Assembly (NCBI GenBank): GCA_009914755.4 | Contig: CP068257.2 | Location: 38,944,001-39,008,000, forward strand | Source: the human T2T-CHM13v2.0 reference genome, Homo sapiens | Direction of reading: 5' to 3' | Length of the DNA: 64,000 bases | In this document: in pieces, positions 12,871 to 25,372 of the stretch | How positions within the stretch are numbered: position 1 is the first letter of the stretch | Layout: each line of letters opens with the position of its first letter | Translations under genes and position numbers: made by a program | The notes under the pieces: generated by a model | Told to the model about the DNA's origin: nothing | Seen by the model: only the letters and a program-made list of their open reading frames with translations | Database searches by the model: none

Positions 12871-15800
12871 TAGTGTTCTTGATAGTGTAGATAATCAGTA
12901 TGTTTTCCTGTCTCTTCTTCTTTCCATTTCTGATACGTAAACTATGTTTGATTGAAGCATTTAGCAATGAATGGGGAATGCATGTGTACCACCCCCTTCT
13001 TCCTGTATCAAATTCTTTTCTAAGTCACAACATCTTATCTAAATTTTATACCATTCTGACAGTTTCCCAAGAAGCAAGGAGAAAGAGAGCATATTAGCAA
13101 AGTTACTTGTCTATCCTTATTAAAGCACAGTGTGTTAGTATGGTTCAAATATATATATTTTTTTTCTTTAAGATTGCTGGTCTAGTTGAAAAAAGACAAT
13201 GAATTTGGATTAATCATTTCCAATATTCTGATTATACAAGCTACCCCATTGCCTCCAAAAAGGAGTTCTCCCAGGTCTTAGGGTGTTTTTTGTCCTTCCC
13301 ACAGACCACTGCAGGCACAGAAACACTCCAGGCTGTACATTCAAGGAGATGCTTAAGGTATTTATATGTGGAGACTTATGGAAAATACAAAATATTAAAA
13401 TGATATTTTCTTCCTCGGGGAATATAAACTTGTCTCCATTTTTATTTAAAATGCTGGAAGTTATATTGATTTTTATTATAGAATTAATATAGTCACATAG
13501 TAAAAGTTTTAGTAAATACAGATGGGTAGAAAGGCAAAATAAAAATAAATAATAATCTTACACTTTGAGAATAAAATACCAGCATTTTAATGTCTGCCCT
13601 ATAAGCAGACAATTTTGTGCAGTGGGCAGAATGATGTGAGAGAGGCCCCAGGAGCTCACTCAGGGCAGGCTAGACAATGAGCCAACTGGAAGAAGGGGGT
13701 CCTCCTTTCTGTTACCATGAGGGCTGTAGCAGGAGGCCTCTTCCCTTGGCAGCAGGGCCCACATATTCCCATGGGCCTCAGCATCTCCAGGTGCTGGGCA
13801 GCTGGCTGTCCCAGACAACTCCAGTAACAGCTGATGCCTAATCCCAGATAGGCTGTTTATCCCCCTGCCTAGTAGCATTTCTTTGGGGCTTACAAGAAGG
13901 GAGAGTCACTGGGTGCAGGAGGGTCCCTCAACTGGACACAGACCTACCCACTGTGCAGGAGAGCTGGCCCCAGGGTGCCTTGCTGTTGGATGATGTCAGG
14001 ATTCACAGCCCTTTCATTTTCTTGCTTCCATTTATTTTCTTCCTTACAGCTTATTCTTTAACACATACTGTGCCACACTGTGGAATAGACCCTTACTCTT
14101 GTGATAAACAGTTTTATGTATCAACTGGGTCAGGCTATAGTTTCCAGTTATTTGATGAAACCCTTATCTAGGTGTTGCTATGAAGGTTATTGTGTAGGTG
14201 TGGTTAACAGCTATAATCAATTTACTTTAAGTAAAGGAGATTGTCTTTGATCGTTTACGTGGCCCTCATTCAATCAGTCGAAAAGATTTAAGAGGAAAAC
14301 TGAAGCTTCCCTGAGAAAGAAGAAAATTGCTCCTGTGAACTGCGGCATCAGCTCCTGCCTGGGAGTTCTAGCCAGCCCTTTCTGACAGCCTGCCCTACGG
14401 ATTTCAGACACTCTCAGCCCCGCCCCATAGTTGCTACAGCAATTGCCAATTCCTAAAAACACTTCAAGCGCTTCCTCTTCAGATTTCTATCTGTCCCCTA
14501 TATAACTTACTGGTTCTGTGCCTGTGGTGGACCCTGACTGACATACCTCCCTTGTACCAGAGCTGTATCAGACCTTTCACGAGCTTCAATTATGAATAAA
14601 TTAGAAATGACTTCTTTAGGTAAGGTTTATGAAACTTGGAGTTTTTCCTACTTATTTTTTGTGTGTTCACACTGGATTTCAGATGTCAAGAGAGCAAAAT
14701 ATAAATTTAAAATATAAAAATAATATATAGAACATAGAATTAGCAAACAGCAGAAAAAAAAATTTGTGGTATGAACGTAAGGAAGCAAGGACAAATGTAG
14801 TGAACAAAATGAATGCCAAAAGCTGGGATGAGTGCAGGAGAACTGAGGTGGATCTCTGCATTCCCCAAGTACCCTGCAGTGGCCTTCAAAGGCTGAGGGC
14901 AGTCCATTGATGCAAAAAGAGATCTCCCCAGGTACAGAAAGTCAAGAACAGGTCTAGAGAGCAAAGAGAATGCCCCAGAAACTCAAAGAGCTGGCAGGCA
15001 AGCTGTAAAGCAGAAAGAGATCTCCCACAGTTTGGAAAGCTGGTTACTGGTCAGTAAAGCACAAAGATTCAAAGAGTCTGGCTGGTGCTCAGATCCCAAG
15101 CCCTTCTGAAGGCAAAGTGCTGACCCCACCTTCACACCATGTGAACCCAAGGTAAAGAGAATCTAGCTCAGGATCCTAACTCTGCAACAGAGCCCAGCAC
15201 AGCCCAGCCACATGTCAGATTGACTCAGCCCCACATCACCAGCCCGACAGAAGGACAGAAGGAGCATGTCCTTCCTGCAAGGGCAAGGTAAACATTCCTT
15301 ACTTCAATCTGCACACAATGTTTAGCATAAAACAGAAAGTCACAAGACACACAAAGAAACAACAAAACAAGGCCCATGTTTAAAAGATAACTCATTAACA
15401 GAAACAAATATGGAAATGGCCCAGATGTTTGATTTATCACTCAGGAACTTTGTAGCTGCGATGAAGGCTCTAGAGGAAAATACTGACACGTGTGAACAGG
15501 TGAAGAACTACAGCATGGGAAGCAAACGGTGAAAGCAAAACTCAGATGGAACTATCAGGACGTAACTGTATGATACTAGGTAGGAAGAATTCATTTGATG
15601 GGCTTAATAGCAGACTGGACACAGAAGAGAAAAGAATCAAAGGCAGGCCAATAGACAATATCTAAAATAAAACACAAAGAAATTAAACATGAAAAAAATA
15701 AAACAAAGCATCCAAGACCTGTGTAAAAATATCAATCAATATAAACAATTGGAATCCCAGAAGAAGAAGAGAGATACAGGAGAAAAAATATTTTAAGAGA

Positions 15801-16607
15801 CAATAGCCAATATTTTTTAAGTTAAGGAAATACAGCAAGGTACATACCCAAGAAGATTAGCAAACCACAACATAAGATTTTAAAAAGTTATTTCAAAATC
15901 ACACCTAGGTACATCAGAGGTGAACCTTAAAAGAAAAAAAAATTGAAAAGAAATCTTAAAAGTAGCAAGAAAAAATAGCCCATGTTATATTTAGGGGAAG
16001 TATGAAAAGAATGATGGATGAGTTCCTCACAATGGAAAAAAAATTCAAAATGCTGAAAAAAAACTGTCAACATAGAATTCTACATTGAATTCTACATTTA
16101 GTCAAAGTATAAATAAAAAAATAAAAGCTATAGAAGAGAGCAATTCAAATATTCTTCTCATAAATAAAATATGAATATTCAAGGTGATAGATATCTCAAT
16201 TACCTTGATTTGATCTTTACACTTGATATGAATGCTTCAAAAAATCACATGTATCCTGAAGATATGGACATCTAATATGTATCAGTTTAAGAAAATGAAA
16301 GCTAAGTAAAGACATTTTCAGCTAGAGAAGAACTCAGAGATTTTTTTAGCCAAAAAACCTGTGCTCCAAGAAATGCTTAAAGAAATGCAGGCTGAAAGAA
16401 TATGATACATGATAGAAGCTCAAATCTGCAGGAAAGAATGAAAACATAGGTAGTATAACATATAGGTAAAAATAAAGGACCTACTTATTATATTTAATAT
16501 ACATGTGTGTTTGTTTGTATACAGACATACATGTTGCATAATATATTAAGCACATATTAAAGGTTGAGCATCCCCAGTCCAAATATCCAAAATCTGAAAT
16601 ATTCCCA

Positions 16608-16733
16608 TTTTAGTAGAGATGAGGTTTTGCCATGTTGGCCAGGCTGGTCTCAAACTCCTGACCTCAGGTGATCTGCCCACCTCAGCCTCCCAAAGTGCTG
16701 GGTTTACAGGTGTGAGCCACTGCACCTGGCCCA
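16608..16733 (-). mobile_element. Alu left-monomer-only insertion (FLAM-like or 3'-truncated Alu), TSD aaaatctgaa
   Basis: The reverse complement is ggccaggtgcagtggctcacacctgtaaacccagcactttgggaggctgaggtgggcagatcacctgaggtcaggagtttgagaccagcctggccaacatggcaaaacctcatctctactaaaatgg. The flanks are aaaatctgaaatattcccatt | ... | aaaatctgaagc. Confidence 0.8.
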
Positions 16734-16910
16734 AAATCTGAAGCTTTTTGAGATCCAACATGGCATTCCAAAGAAATCCTCATTGGAGAATTGCACATTT
16801 CATTAGGGATGTTCAACTACTAAGTATATAATGCAAATGCAAATTCAAATCCTAAAAGATCTGAAATCTAAAACATTTCTGGTACCAAGCACTTGGGATA
16901 AGGGATACTC

Positions 16911-16965
16911 AACATGTGTGTGTGTGGGTGTGTGTGTGTGTGTGTGTGTGTGTTTATGTGTACAT
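16911..16965. repeat. (GT)n microsatellite
   Basis: tgtgtgtgtgggtgtgtgtgtgtgtgtgtgtgtgtgtttatgtgt. Confidence 0.95.
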
Positions 16966-17919
16966 ATATATGCATTTCAGCACAACCAGTAGCAATGTGT
17001 TATAAGTTTTATAGAATACAGTGAAACAAAATAATACAAAGAATGAGAGAATAGAATTATATAATTGTGATAGTCTTAGATTTTTTTAAAGTTTAGTATA
17101 ATTGAAAATTAGACTATGATAGTTAAGTATACATACTGTAATTTCTAGCAAACTCCTAAAAAATAACACAAAGTATATTTAAAAAGTTAATTGCTGGATT
17201 ATGCAAAATAAGGCAGGAAATAAGAAAGAGAAACAAATACTGGTAAAATACTTAAATACAATTGTATTGATAATTACATTAAATATAAATGAAATACCAC
17301 TTACATACTAATTAAAAATAAGATTCAAATAAATGACTTTTACAAGAAACACTTAGAGCATAAAGAGATAGATATTTGAAAATAAAATGTTGAAAACTGA
17401 CATACTATCCAACCACTATGCATCATAAATCTCGACGGCTATGTTTATATCTGACCGAGTACAATTCAAGACAAATAGTAACCCAGAGAGAAAAAGGAGT
17501 ATATTCTAATGCTAAGAGTCACTCCATCAAGAAGAAGTAATTATCTTAAATGTGTATGAACCTAATAAAGAGATTCAAAATGCATGATACAAAACTTGAC
17601 AGCACTAAAGGAAGAATGTTGCTTTTGAAAAGCTCACATTCACCATGGAAGATTTTAATATGCCTCTCATTATAACTGATAAAACAAGTAGACCAAAAAT
17701 CAAAGAACATAGGAGATTTTAATACTGTCAACAAAATTTACATAATTATCTCTAATAGAATACTCCACTCAACAACTATACACTACAATTTCTTGAGAAG
17801 ATCACATGAAACACTTGCTAAGATGAATCACATTCTGCAACATGAAAAATTCCCCAGCAAATCATAATGATAAAATTCATATAAAGTATGATAGCTGAAA
17901 ACAATAATATTAAAATCGA

Positions 17920-18274
<355 letters not shown>

Positions 18275-19543
18275 CTATAGAAAAACCACAGGGAAAAATA
18301 AAATATATTTTGAAGTGAATGAAAATGAAAACACAACATATCAAAATGTGAAAGGCAGTGAAGGTGGTGCATAGAGGGAGATTCATAGCTTTAATTCCCT
18401 ATTTGAATTGAAAATAATAAGTTGTAAAACAAAAAGTTTTAGCTTTTAATAAGCTAAGAAAAACAACTAAAATATAAGAAAGGAAATAATAAAAACAGCA
18501 GAAATAAAATGAAAACACATAAAAGAAAATTAACAATGTGAGAAATTTGTTTAAGACAGTTTAATAAAATTGGTATACTTCTAGAAAAATTGTCAAGAAA
18601 AAATGAAAAGAATCTATATCAGTAATAAAAGTAGTAGCATCTCTCCAGGTTCTACAGATATTAAAAATAAGGGAATATCATAAACAACTTTATGCCATTA
18701 AAGATACAGCCACTTATATAAAACAGATTCCTTTAAAAACGCATCTTATCACAACTGATGCAAGAAAAAATAGAACATCTAAATAGCCTAATACCTGTTA
18801 CAGAAATGGAATTTGTAATCAGAAGCCTTCCCATAAAATAAAACAAAAACATAAAAGAAAAAACTCCTGACTAGATGTCAATATCTAAGGAAGGCGTAAT
18901 ACCAATTACCAATCCTTCACAATTTTTTTTTTAATAGAGGAGGAGGGAACACTTCCCAAATGACTTTCTGAGACTGCACGACCCAGATATTAAACCTACA
19001 AAAAACATTATAAGTTTAAGAAAAAAGAAAAATATCCCTTATGGTCCAATACACAAAGATCTATTAAAATATTAGCAATTGGATGCTATAAACTTAAAAA
19101 GAATAACAGGTCATGACCATGTCAAGTTTATTTTCTAATACAAAATTGGCTTAACATTAAAAATCAGTCAAAATAATTCATTTCATTAACAGATTAAAGA
19201 AGAAAAATTATATAACTATCTCAATACATGTAGAAAAAGCATTTGACAACATTCAGCTTCTTTTATGAGAAATACTCAAAAAACTAAGAATAAAAGAGAA
19301 CTTTCACAATCTGATAAAGGGCATTTACAGAAGATATACAAATAACATGATATCTAACACTGAATTATTGGAAACATTCCCCTTAGGGTTAGGAACAAGG
19401 CAAAGGTATTCACTCATCACTTTTAGTCACTTCTAATCAATATTCAACATTGTTCAAGAAGTCTTAGGTAGTGCAGTAGGGCAAGATAATACATTTCAAA
19501 AGCCAAACAATGTGAAAAAAGAGAATCACATAAGGTGCCTGAT

Positions 19544-19740
<197 letters not shown>

Positions 19741-19797
19741 TAGTAATCACTACCATCTCAAAACAATTATACAATTTGATTTCTAGAACAACCATAT

Positions 19798-20246
19798 TGT
19801 CAGGCCTCTGAGCCCAAGCTAAGCCATCGCATCCCCTGTGACCTTCACATACACACTCAGATGTCCTGAAGTTACTGAAGAATCACAAAAGTGAAAATGG
19901 CCTGTTCCTGCCTTAACTGATGACATTCCACCACAAAAGAAGTGAAAATGGCCAGTCCTTGCCTTAACTGATGACATTACCTTGTGAAATTCCTTCTCCT
20001 GGCTCATCCTGGCTCAAAAAGCTCCCCCACTGAGCACCCTGTGACCCCCCACTCCGGCCCTCCAGAGAACAACCCCCCTTTGACTGTAATTTTCCTTTAC
20101 CTACCCAAATCTTATAAAACAGTCCCACCCCATCTCTGTTCGCTGACTCTTTTTGGACTCAGCCCACCTGCACCCAGGTGATTAAAAAGCTTTATTGCTC
20201 ACACAAAGCCTGTTTGGTGATCTCTTCACACGGACGCGAATGAAAC
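19798..20246 (+). mobile_element. Solo LTR7 (HERV-H LTR) inserted into L1 ORF2; candidate 5 bp TSD (c)atat
   Basis: It starts with the canonical LTR7 opening tgtcaggcctctgagcccaagctaagccatcgcatcccctgtgacc. It then carries the characteristic internal duplication ...ctgaagttactgaagaatcacaaaagtgaaaatggcctgttcctgccttaactgatgacattccaccacaaaagaagtgaaaatggccagtccttgccttaactgatgacattaccttgtgaaattcc. It ends with ...ctttattgctcacacaaagcctgtttggtgatctcttcacacggacgcgaatgaaaca. L1 ORF2 homology resumes immediately on both sides. Confidence 0.85.
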
Positions 20247-21777
20247 ATATATAATTAAGACAGTGTAGTTTTGGCATAAGACAGACAATTAGATTACGGG
20301 AATAGAATAGAGATCTACACATATACGGCTCTTTTTAAAAATCAAGGTGCAAAGCCAATTAGGTGACAGGGGATGAAAGCCTGTTTCATAAATAATATTG
20401 TAAGAATCAGATAAATAGATGGAGGGAAATAAACCTTGAGTCCGACTCAACTCCTTATGTTAAAATTAACTAGAGAAAAATAAAAGAATTAGGCTTCATC
20501 AATTTTTTAAATTTGCTAATTGAAAGGCATCACTAATAAATAGGTAGGCAGGCTACAAATTAAAAACAAAATATTATACTTGACAAAAGATTCATACCCA
20601 AAATATATTAAAAAAAAAAACTCTTGCAACTCAGTAGTAAGAAGGCAACCCAAGAAAAATTAGGCAAATGACCTGAATTGTCACTTCCCAGAAGAAGACA
20701 TATCACGTCCAATGAGCACATGTAACAGCATCATTAGTAATTAGATAAAGACAAATTTAAACAATAATACAATACCATTTCATACACACTATATTGGTTA
20801 AAATTTAAAATACTGTTGGGATGAAAAGTTGGAGAGAATATGGAGCAACAAGAACTATCATACATTTCTGGCAAGAGTTTAAGTGGTACCTTTTAGAAGT
20901 TTTATAAAGTTAAACATGCCATCCCACTCTTAGTATTTCCCCAAGAGAAATCCTAACATATGTTCACAAAAAGGCTTCTACAAAAATATTCATACCAGCC
21001 TTTCTCCTATTAGTCAATCCCTGGAAACAGCCCAAAAGTCTGGCAACAGAATAGGAAAAATGTTTAGAAAAGAAACAAAGTTCTGAAATCAGCAACAACA
21101 TGTGTGAATTTCAGAAGTATTATAATTTAAAAGAAGAAATCAGATACCTAAGAATACATACCACTTGCTTCTATTTACATAACAGGTAAAACTAATTTGT
21201 GTTCAAATCAGAAAGGATTGCATCTGGGTTGGGTGCAGGCTGGGACACTGATAATTATGGGAGCAAGGGAATCTTCTTTGGGGACAGTTAACTGAATGTT
21301 CTACATCTTGTTTTAGGTGGTGTCAACTTGGGTGTCTTCCAATGACAAAACATATTAAGCTAAAAAATGATCAGTGCCTTTTATTGTATATAAATTATAA
21401 TTCAAAAAATCATTTAAGAGAAACCATGAGTTTCTGTTTAACACAGGAGAACAGAGACAAGTTAAGATAGTGGCAGAATGGGAGAAGACACCTGCAACAT
21501 CTAAAATCAACAAAATTTAATACTTATAATATATATATAGAACTCCTGAAAAATCCAACAGAAGAAGACAGGAAGCCCCATAGGAGCACAATGAAAAGAT
21601 ATAAATGCGCAATTTTTACGTAAGGTTCAAATAAATTATTTCAAAACTCCTAGAATTAACTAATAATCATAAAAAGGGCTAAGATCACGAAATATCTTTT
21701 TATACCTTTGCATCTATCAACAATTAGCGTTGCACCCAGGCGAGTTAGAGAAAACGCCACACTTTGAGACGAGTATA

Positions 21778-22093
21778 CATATGTAACAAACATGCACGTC
21801 ATGCACATGTACCCTAAAAGTATAATAACAATAAAATAAAAAAAAAAACAAGATGCAAATTGGAAAGGGCACGAGAGGGTATCTTAGTGAAAATTCTATG
21901 TGAATTTATATATCATAAATTTATAAATTAATTCATCCATTCATTCATATATTATGAACAAAATATATGTAATGATATATAAATGAATATTCATTTATTT
22001 ATGTATTATATATTCATTCACCATCCCTTATTATGGAGAAATTTGAAAATATAAAATTATTTACTCAAAAGCTTTATTAAAAAAAAAAAAAAA
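21778..22093 (+). mobile_element. Severely 5'-truncated L1 tail (~70 bp of a young L1PA-type 3'UTR with poly-A), followed by ~226 bp AT-rich non-L1 sequence and a second poly-A. This is a candidate L1 3' transduction.
   Basis: gtatacatatgtaacaaacatgcacgtcatgcacatgtaccctaaaagtataataacaataaaataaaaaaaaaaa matches the extreme 3' end of L1PA/L1HS (...acatgtatacatatgtaactaacctgcacaatgtgcacatgtaccctaaaacttagagtataataaaaaataaaat). Then 21851-22076 is unique AT-rich sequence ending in aagctttATTAAAaaaaaaaaaaaaaa, a variant poly-A signal 1 nt before a 15-nt poly-A. Confidence 0.55.
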
Positions 22094-23590
22094 GAGTCCT
22101 TTATTAGCCGGCGACCAGGCCGCTTCCCTCTTACCAGAACCAGAACAAAGTCAAATCTGACCTACCTGACCCCGGGGTGAGAAGCTGAGGACTCAGATGT
22201 TGAATTTTAGGGCACTGACACGGTAGTCGATCCGCTCTCCTCCGGAAGACGGTCACTCTTTGGGGACCTGAAAATTGTTTCCTCAGGTGGCGCCCCCCCT
22301 CCGAGCCGGCCGTCCTTCCGGGGGAGCCCGGAGCGAGACTGGCTCTCGCCCAGTGGCGTTAATATCTTGCTGGGGCCTCCATTATGTTGTATCCAGGCAA
22401 GTCAGAGAAAACGCCACACTTTGGGATGAATTAAGAGTCCTTTATTAGCCGGCGACGAGAGACGGCTAACGCTCAAAATTCTCTCGGCCCTGAAGAAGGG
22501 GGTAGATTTTCTTTTATACTTTGGTTTAGAAAGGGGAGGGGGGTCTAGTTAGAACAATTTTACAGAAGTTAAGTAGGCAAAAAGTTAAAAGGATAAATGG
22601 TTACAGGAAAGTAAACAGTTCCAGGTGCAAGGGCTTTAAGACTACTACAAGGTGATAGACTCGGGGCTTTGGGCGTTATCAATCAGACGAAATCCTGGGA
22701 ACTGCGGATACAGCTCGCCACAGTATCTTATCAGTTAATTGCATTCTTGGATGTGCTGGGAGTCAGCTTGCACAAGTTAAGTCCTTGAGGAAGGGGCTGC
22801 CAGTCAAAGAGCCAAGATGGAGTCTATCTGGCTCTCTTAGCTAAGGGAGAATCAATTCAGGTGGAAACAAGCCTAAAAACAGAGTTAGTAAAAACAAAGT
22901 TGGGCATTACATTAGAAAACCAGGTATTTGCAAGGATTGGTGAGTATATAGGAACAGAAGAACCCTCATGCACTGAGAAAAATAGAGTGCAGGCTAACAC
23001 CGTCACAGCCTAGAGGTATCCGGCAGTATCTAGTTAAACCCTTCTGTGAATAGCCCAGAGACACTCTTACACACCTTCAGAAAGGGACAAGTTCAAGGAT
23101 GTTCACTGTAGCAATAGGAGGTGAAGCCAGTTGGGCTTCTGGGTAGGGTGGGGACTTGGAGAACTTTTGCATCTAGCTAAAGGATTGTAAATGCACCAAT
23201 CAGCGCTCTGTGTCTAGCTAAAGGATTGTAAATGCACCAGTCAGCACTCTGTAAAAACGCACCAATCAGCACTCTGTAAAACGGACCAATCAGCGCTCTG
23301 TAAAATGGACCAATCAGTGCTCTGTAAAATGGACCAATCAGCAGGATGTGGGCAGGGCCAAATAAGAGAATAAAAGCTGGCCACTGGAGCCAGCAGCAGC
23401 ACCCAGCGTGGGACCCCTTTTGCACTGTGGTACCTTTGTTCTTTTGCTCTTCACAATAAATCTTGCTGCCACTCACTTTTTGGGTCCACACTACCTTTAT
23501 GAGCTGTAACACTCACTGTGAGGGTCTGCGGCTTCACTCCTGAAGTCAGCGAGAACAAGAACCCATAGGAAGGAATAAATTATGGACACA
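22094..23590 (+). mobile_element. LTR12-family (ERV9 / HERV9 LTR) solo LTR, ~1.5 kb; the 5' boundary is uncertain (duplicated leader segments start at ~21731)
   Basis: The 3' third is diagnostic. A tandem array runs ctagctaaaggattgtaaatgcaccaatcagcgctctgtgtctagctaaaggattgtaaatgcaccagtcagcactctgtaaaaacgcaccaatcagcactctgtaaaacggaccaatcagcgctctgtaaaatggaccaatcagtgctctgtaaaatggaccaatcagcagg. This is followed by atgtgggcagggccaaataagagaataaaagctggcc...cacaataaatcttgctgccactcac...gagctgtaacactcactgtgagggtctgcggcttcactcctgaagtcagcgagaacaagaaccc...ggacaca, which matches the LTR12 U3-repeat / R / U5 end. The overall length is right for LTR12. I could not confirm the 5' 1 kb from memory. Confidence 0.7.
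23177..23345 (+). promoter_or_regulatory. LTR12 U3 tandem-repeat enhancer array: ~6 units of a 20-40 bp repeat, each carrying CCAAT (NF-Y-type box) as CCAATCAG
   Basis: Direct reading finds the motif gcaccaatcagcgctctgt / ggaccaatcagcgctctgtaaaat six times in tandem. ERV9/LTR12 U3 repeats are known to carry CCAAT/GATA motifs and act as promoters. Confidence 0.7.
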
Positions 23591-24846
23591 GCAAGATGTA
23601 TGATGGGGTTGTTGGTCAGTTTTAGAATCCATCCCTGGGAATGGGGATACATAAAATGTGCAGTATAGAGACCATAGAGTACAGTGCAGCAGTTAGGTGT
23701 CAGGAATTTAATTTTCAAGTGACATGGAAGAGTTCCAGAAACATAGTGTGGATGAAGATGAAAGATGTATAATACAACTTGATGATGTAAATTGAAACCC
23801 ACATGCAAACAAAACAACAATATGCATTGTGCAAAACACAGAAAGATGCACATTAGCACATTTGTAACGACAGAGGGAGGTAGAGGGAATGGGCTATAGG
23901 GATCAAAGGAAATCAACATAACCAAAGGGGAACAATTCTCACACAGACCACAGCCCACCACAGAAAGCAAGCAAAAGACCTGATGGGTCTGTGTTTTTTT
24001 GGATCATCTGAAAGCAACAATACATATGAAGTTCAGAGGTACATAATTAAATTATAATAAATTAATTTGGATTCTGAAAGCAGATCCAAAAAAAAAACCT
24101 CAATAAAACTTCAGAGTAGACACAGAAGAAAAAGAAGCAGTGAGGAAAAAAAGCTGATTTGATGAAATCACCCAAAGCATAACACAGAGGGGTAGAGGTA
24201 GGCAATATGAAAGAAAAGTTAGGAGATATAGAGAAAAGAATGATAAATTCCAATGTCTCTTTAATAGGAGACCTGGAAGAAGACGAAAGAAGAGACAATA
24301 TTTGAAGAGCTAAAATCTGAAGGAGATTCTAGAACTGACAAACAGCCAGAATCCTTGGATTCTAGAAAGATTACAAGCCAAGCAGGAAAGAAACCCATGT
24401 CTTGCCTATATGAAACTACAGACTATTACAGAGCCAGAGAAATATATTCCAACCTATCAGAGAGAAAAAGATTACTGACAAAGTTAAGATCGTCGCTAGA
24501 AAATCATTACAAAAATTCTGAAGGAAAATAAATGTCAATATAGGATTCCATCTCCATTTATGTTATTAGTCAAAAATTAAGCAAAACAAAGATGTTTTCA
24601 GATATAAGAATAAAAGAATGTACTACTATCAGACCTTCACCAAAAAAAAAAAGTGAAGATTTTTCTTTGGTACTAAGAGGGTGTCACACTCACATGTGGG
24701 ATGTCACGTAGAAGGTGGGCATTCAGCCATTGTGAGCCACGTGGTGGCCCAGGGTACTCAGCTGATGGTCAGGCCTCTCTCCTGATTGGCTAGGGTCCGT
24801 GCTACACGGATCTTCACTTCAGATCATCCACCAGAAGCAATGGTGA

Positions 24847-25044
<198 letters not shown>

Positions 25045-25064
25045 TAACTTTTAAAGACTACTGA

Positions 25065-25372
<308 letters not shown>

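Noticed and set aside
22118-22380. GC-rich 263 bp segment considered as a possible small RNA gene (tRNA/snRNA/7SL-like) or retroviral primer-binding-site region (contains tggcgcc)
   Set aside because: There is no match to tRNA cloverleaf constraints or to the U1/U2/U6/7SL sequences I can recall. tggcgcc is too short to call a primer-binding site. It is kept as a finding (CpG-rich block) rather than annotated as an RNA gene.
21731-22455. Duplicated 75 bp segments considered as the two LTRs of a miniature provirus flanking a 263 bp internal region
   Set aside because: At 75 bp with no TG…CA termini, no identifiable PBS/PPT and no TSD, this does not fit a retroviral LTR pair. Tandem duplication within the LTR12 5' region is simpler.
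23177-23512. Direct-repeat array that could superficially resemble a CRISPR repeat-spacer array, plus a 111-aa ORF with a repeated LIGPFYRA motif
   Set aside because: The repeats are the CCAAT-containing U3 repeats of an LTR12 retroviral LTR. The units are degenerate and there are no unique spacers. The organism is a primate. The ORF is the repeat translated on the opposite strand.
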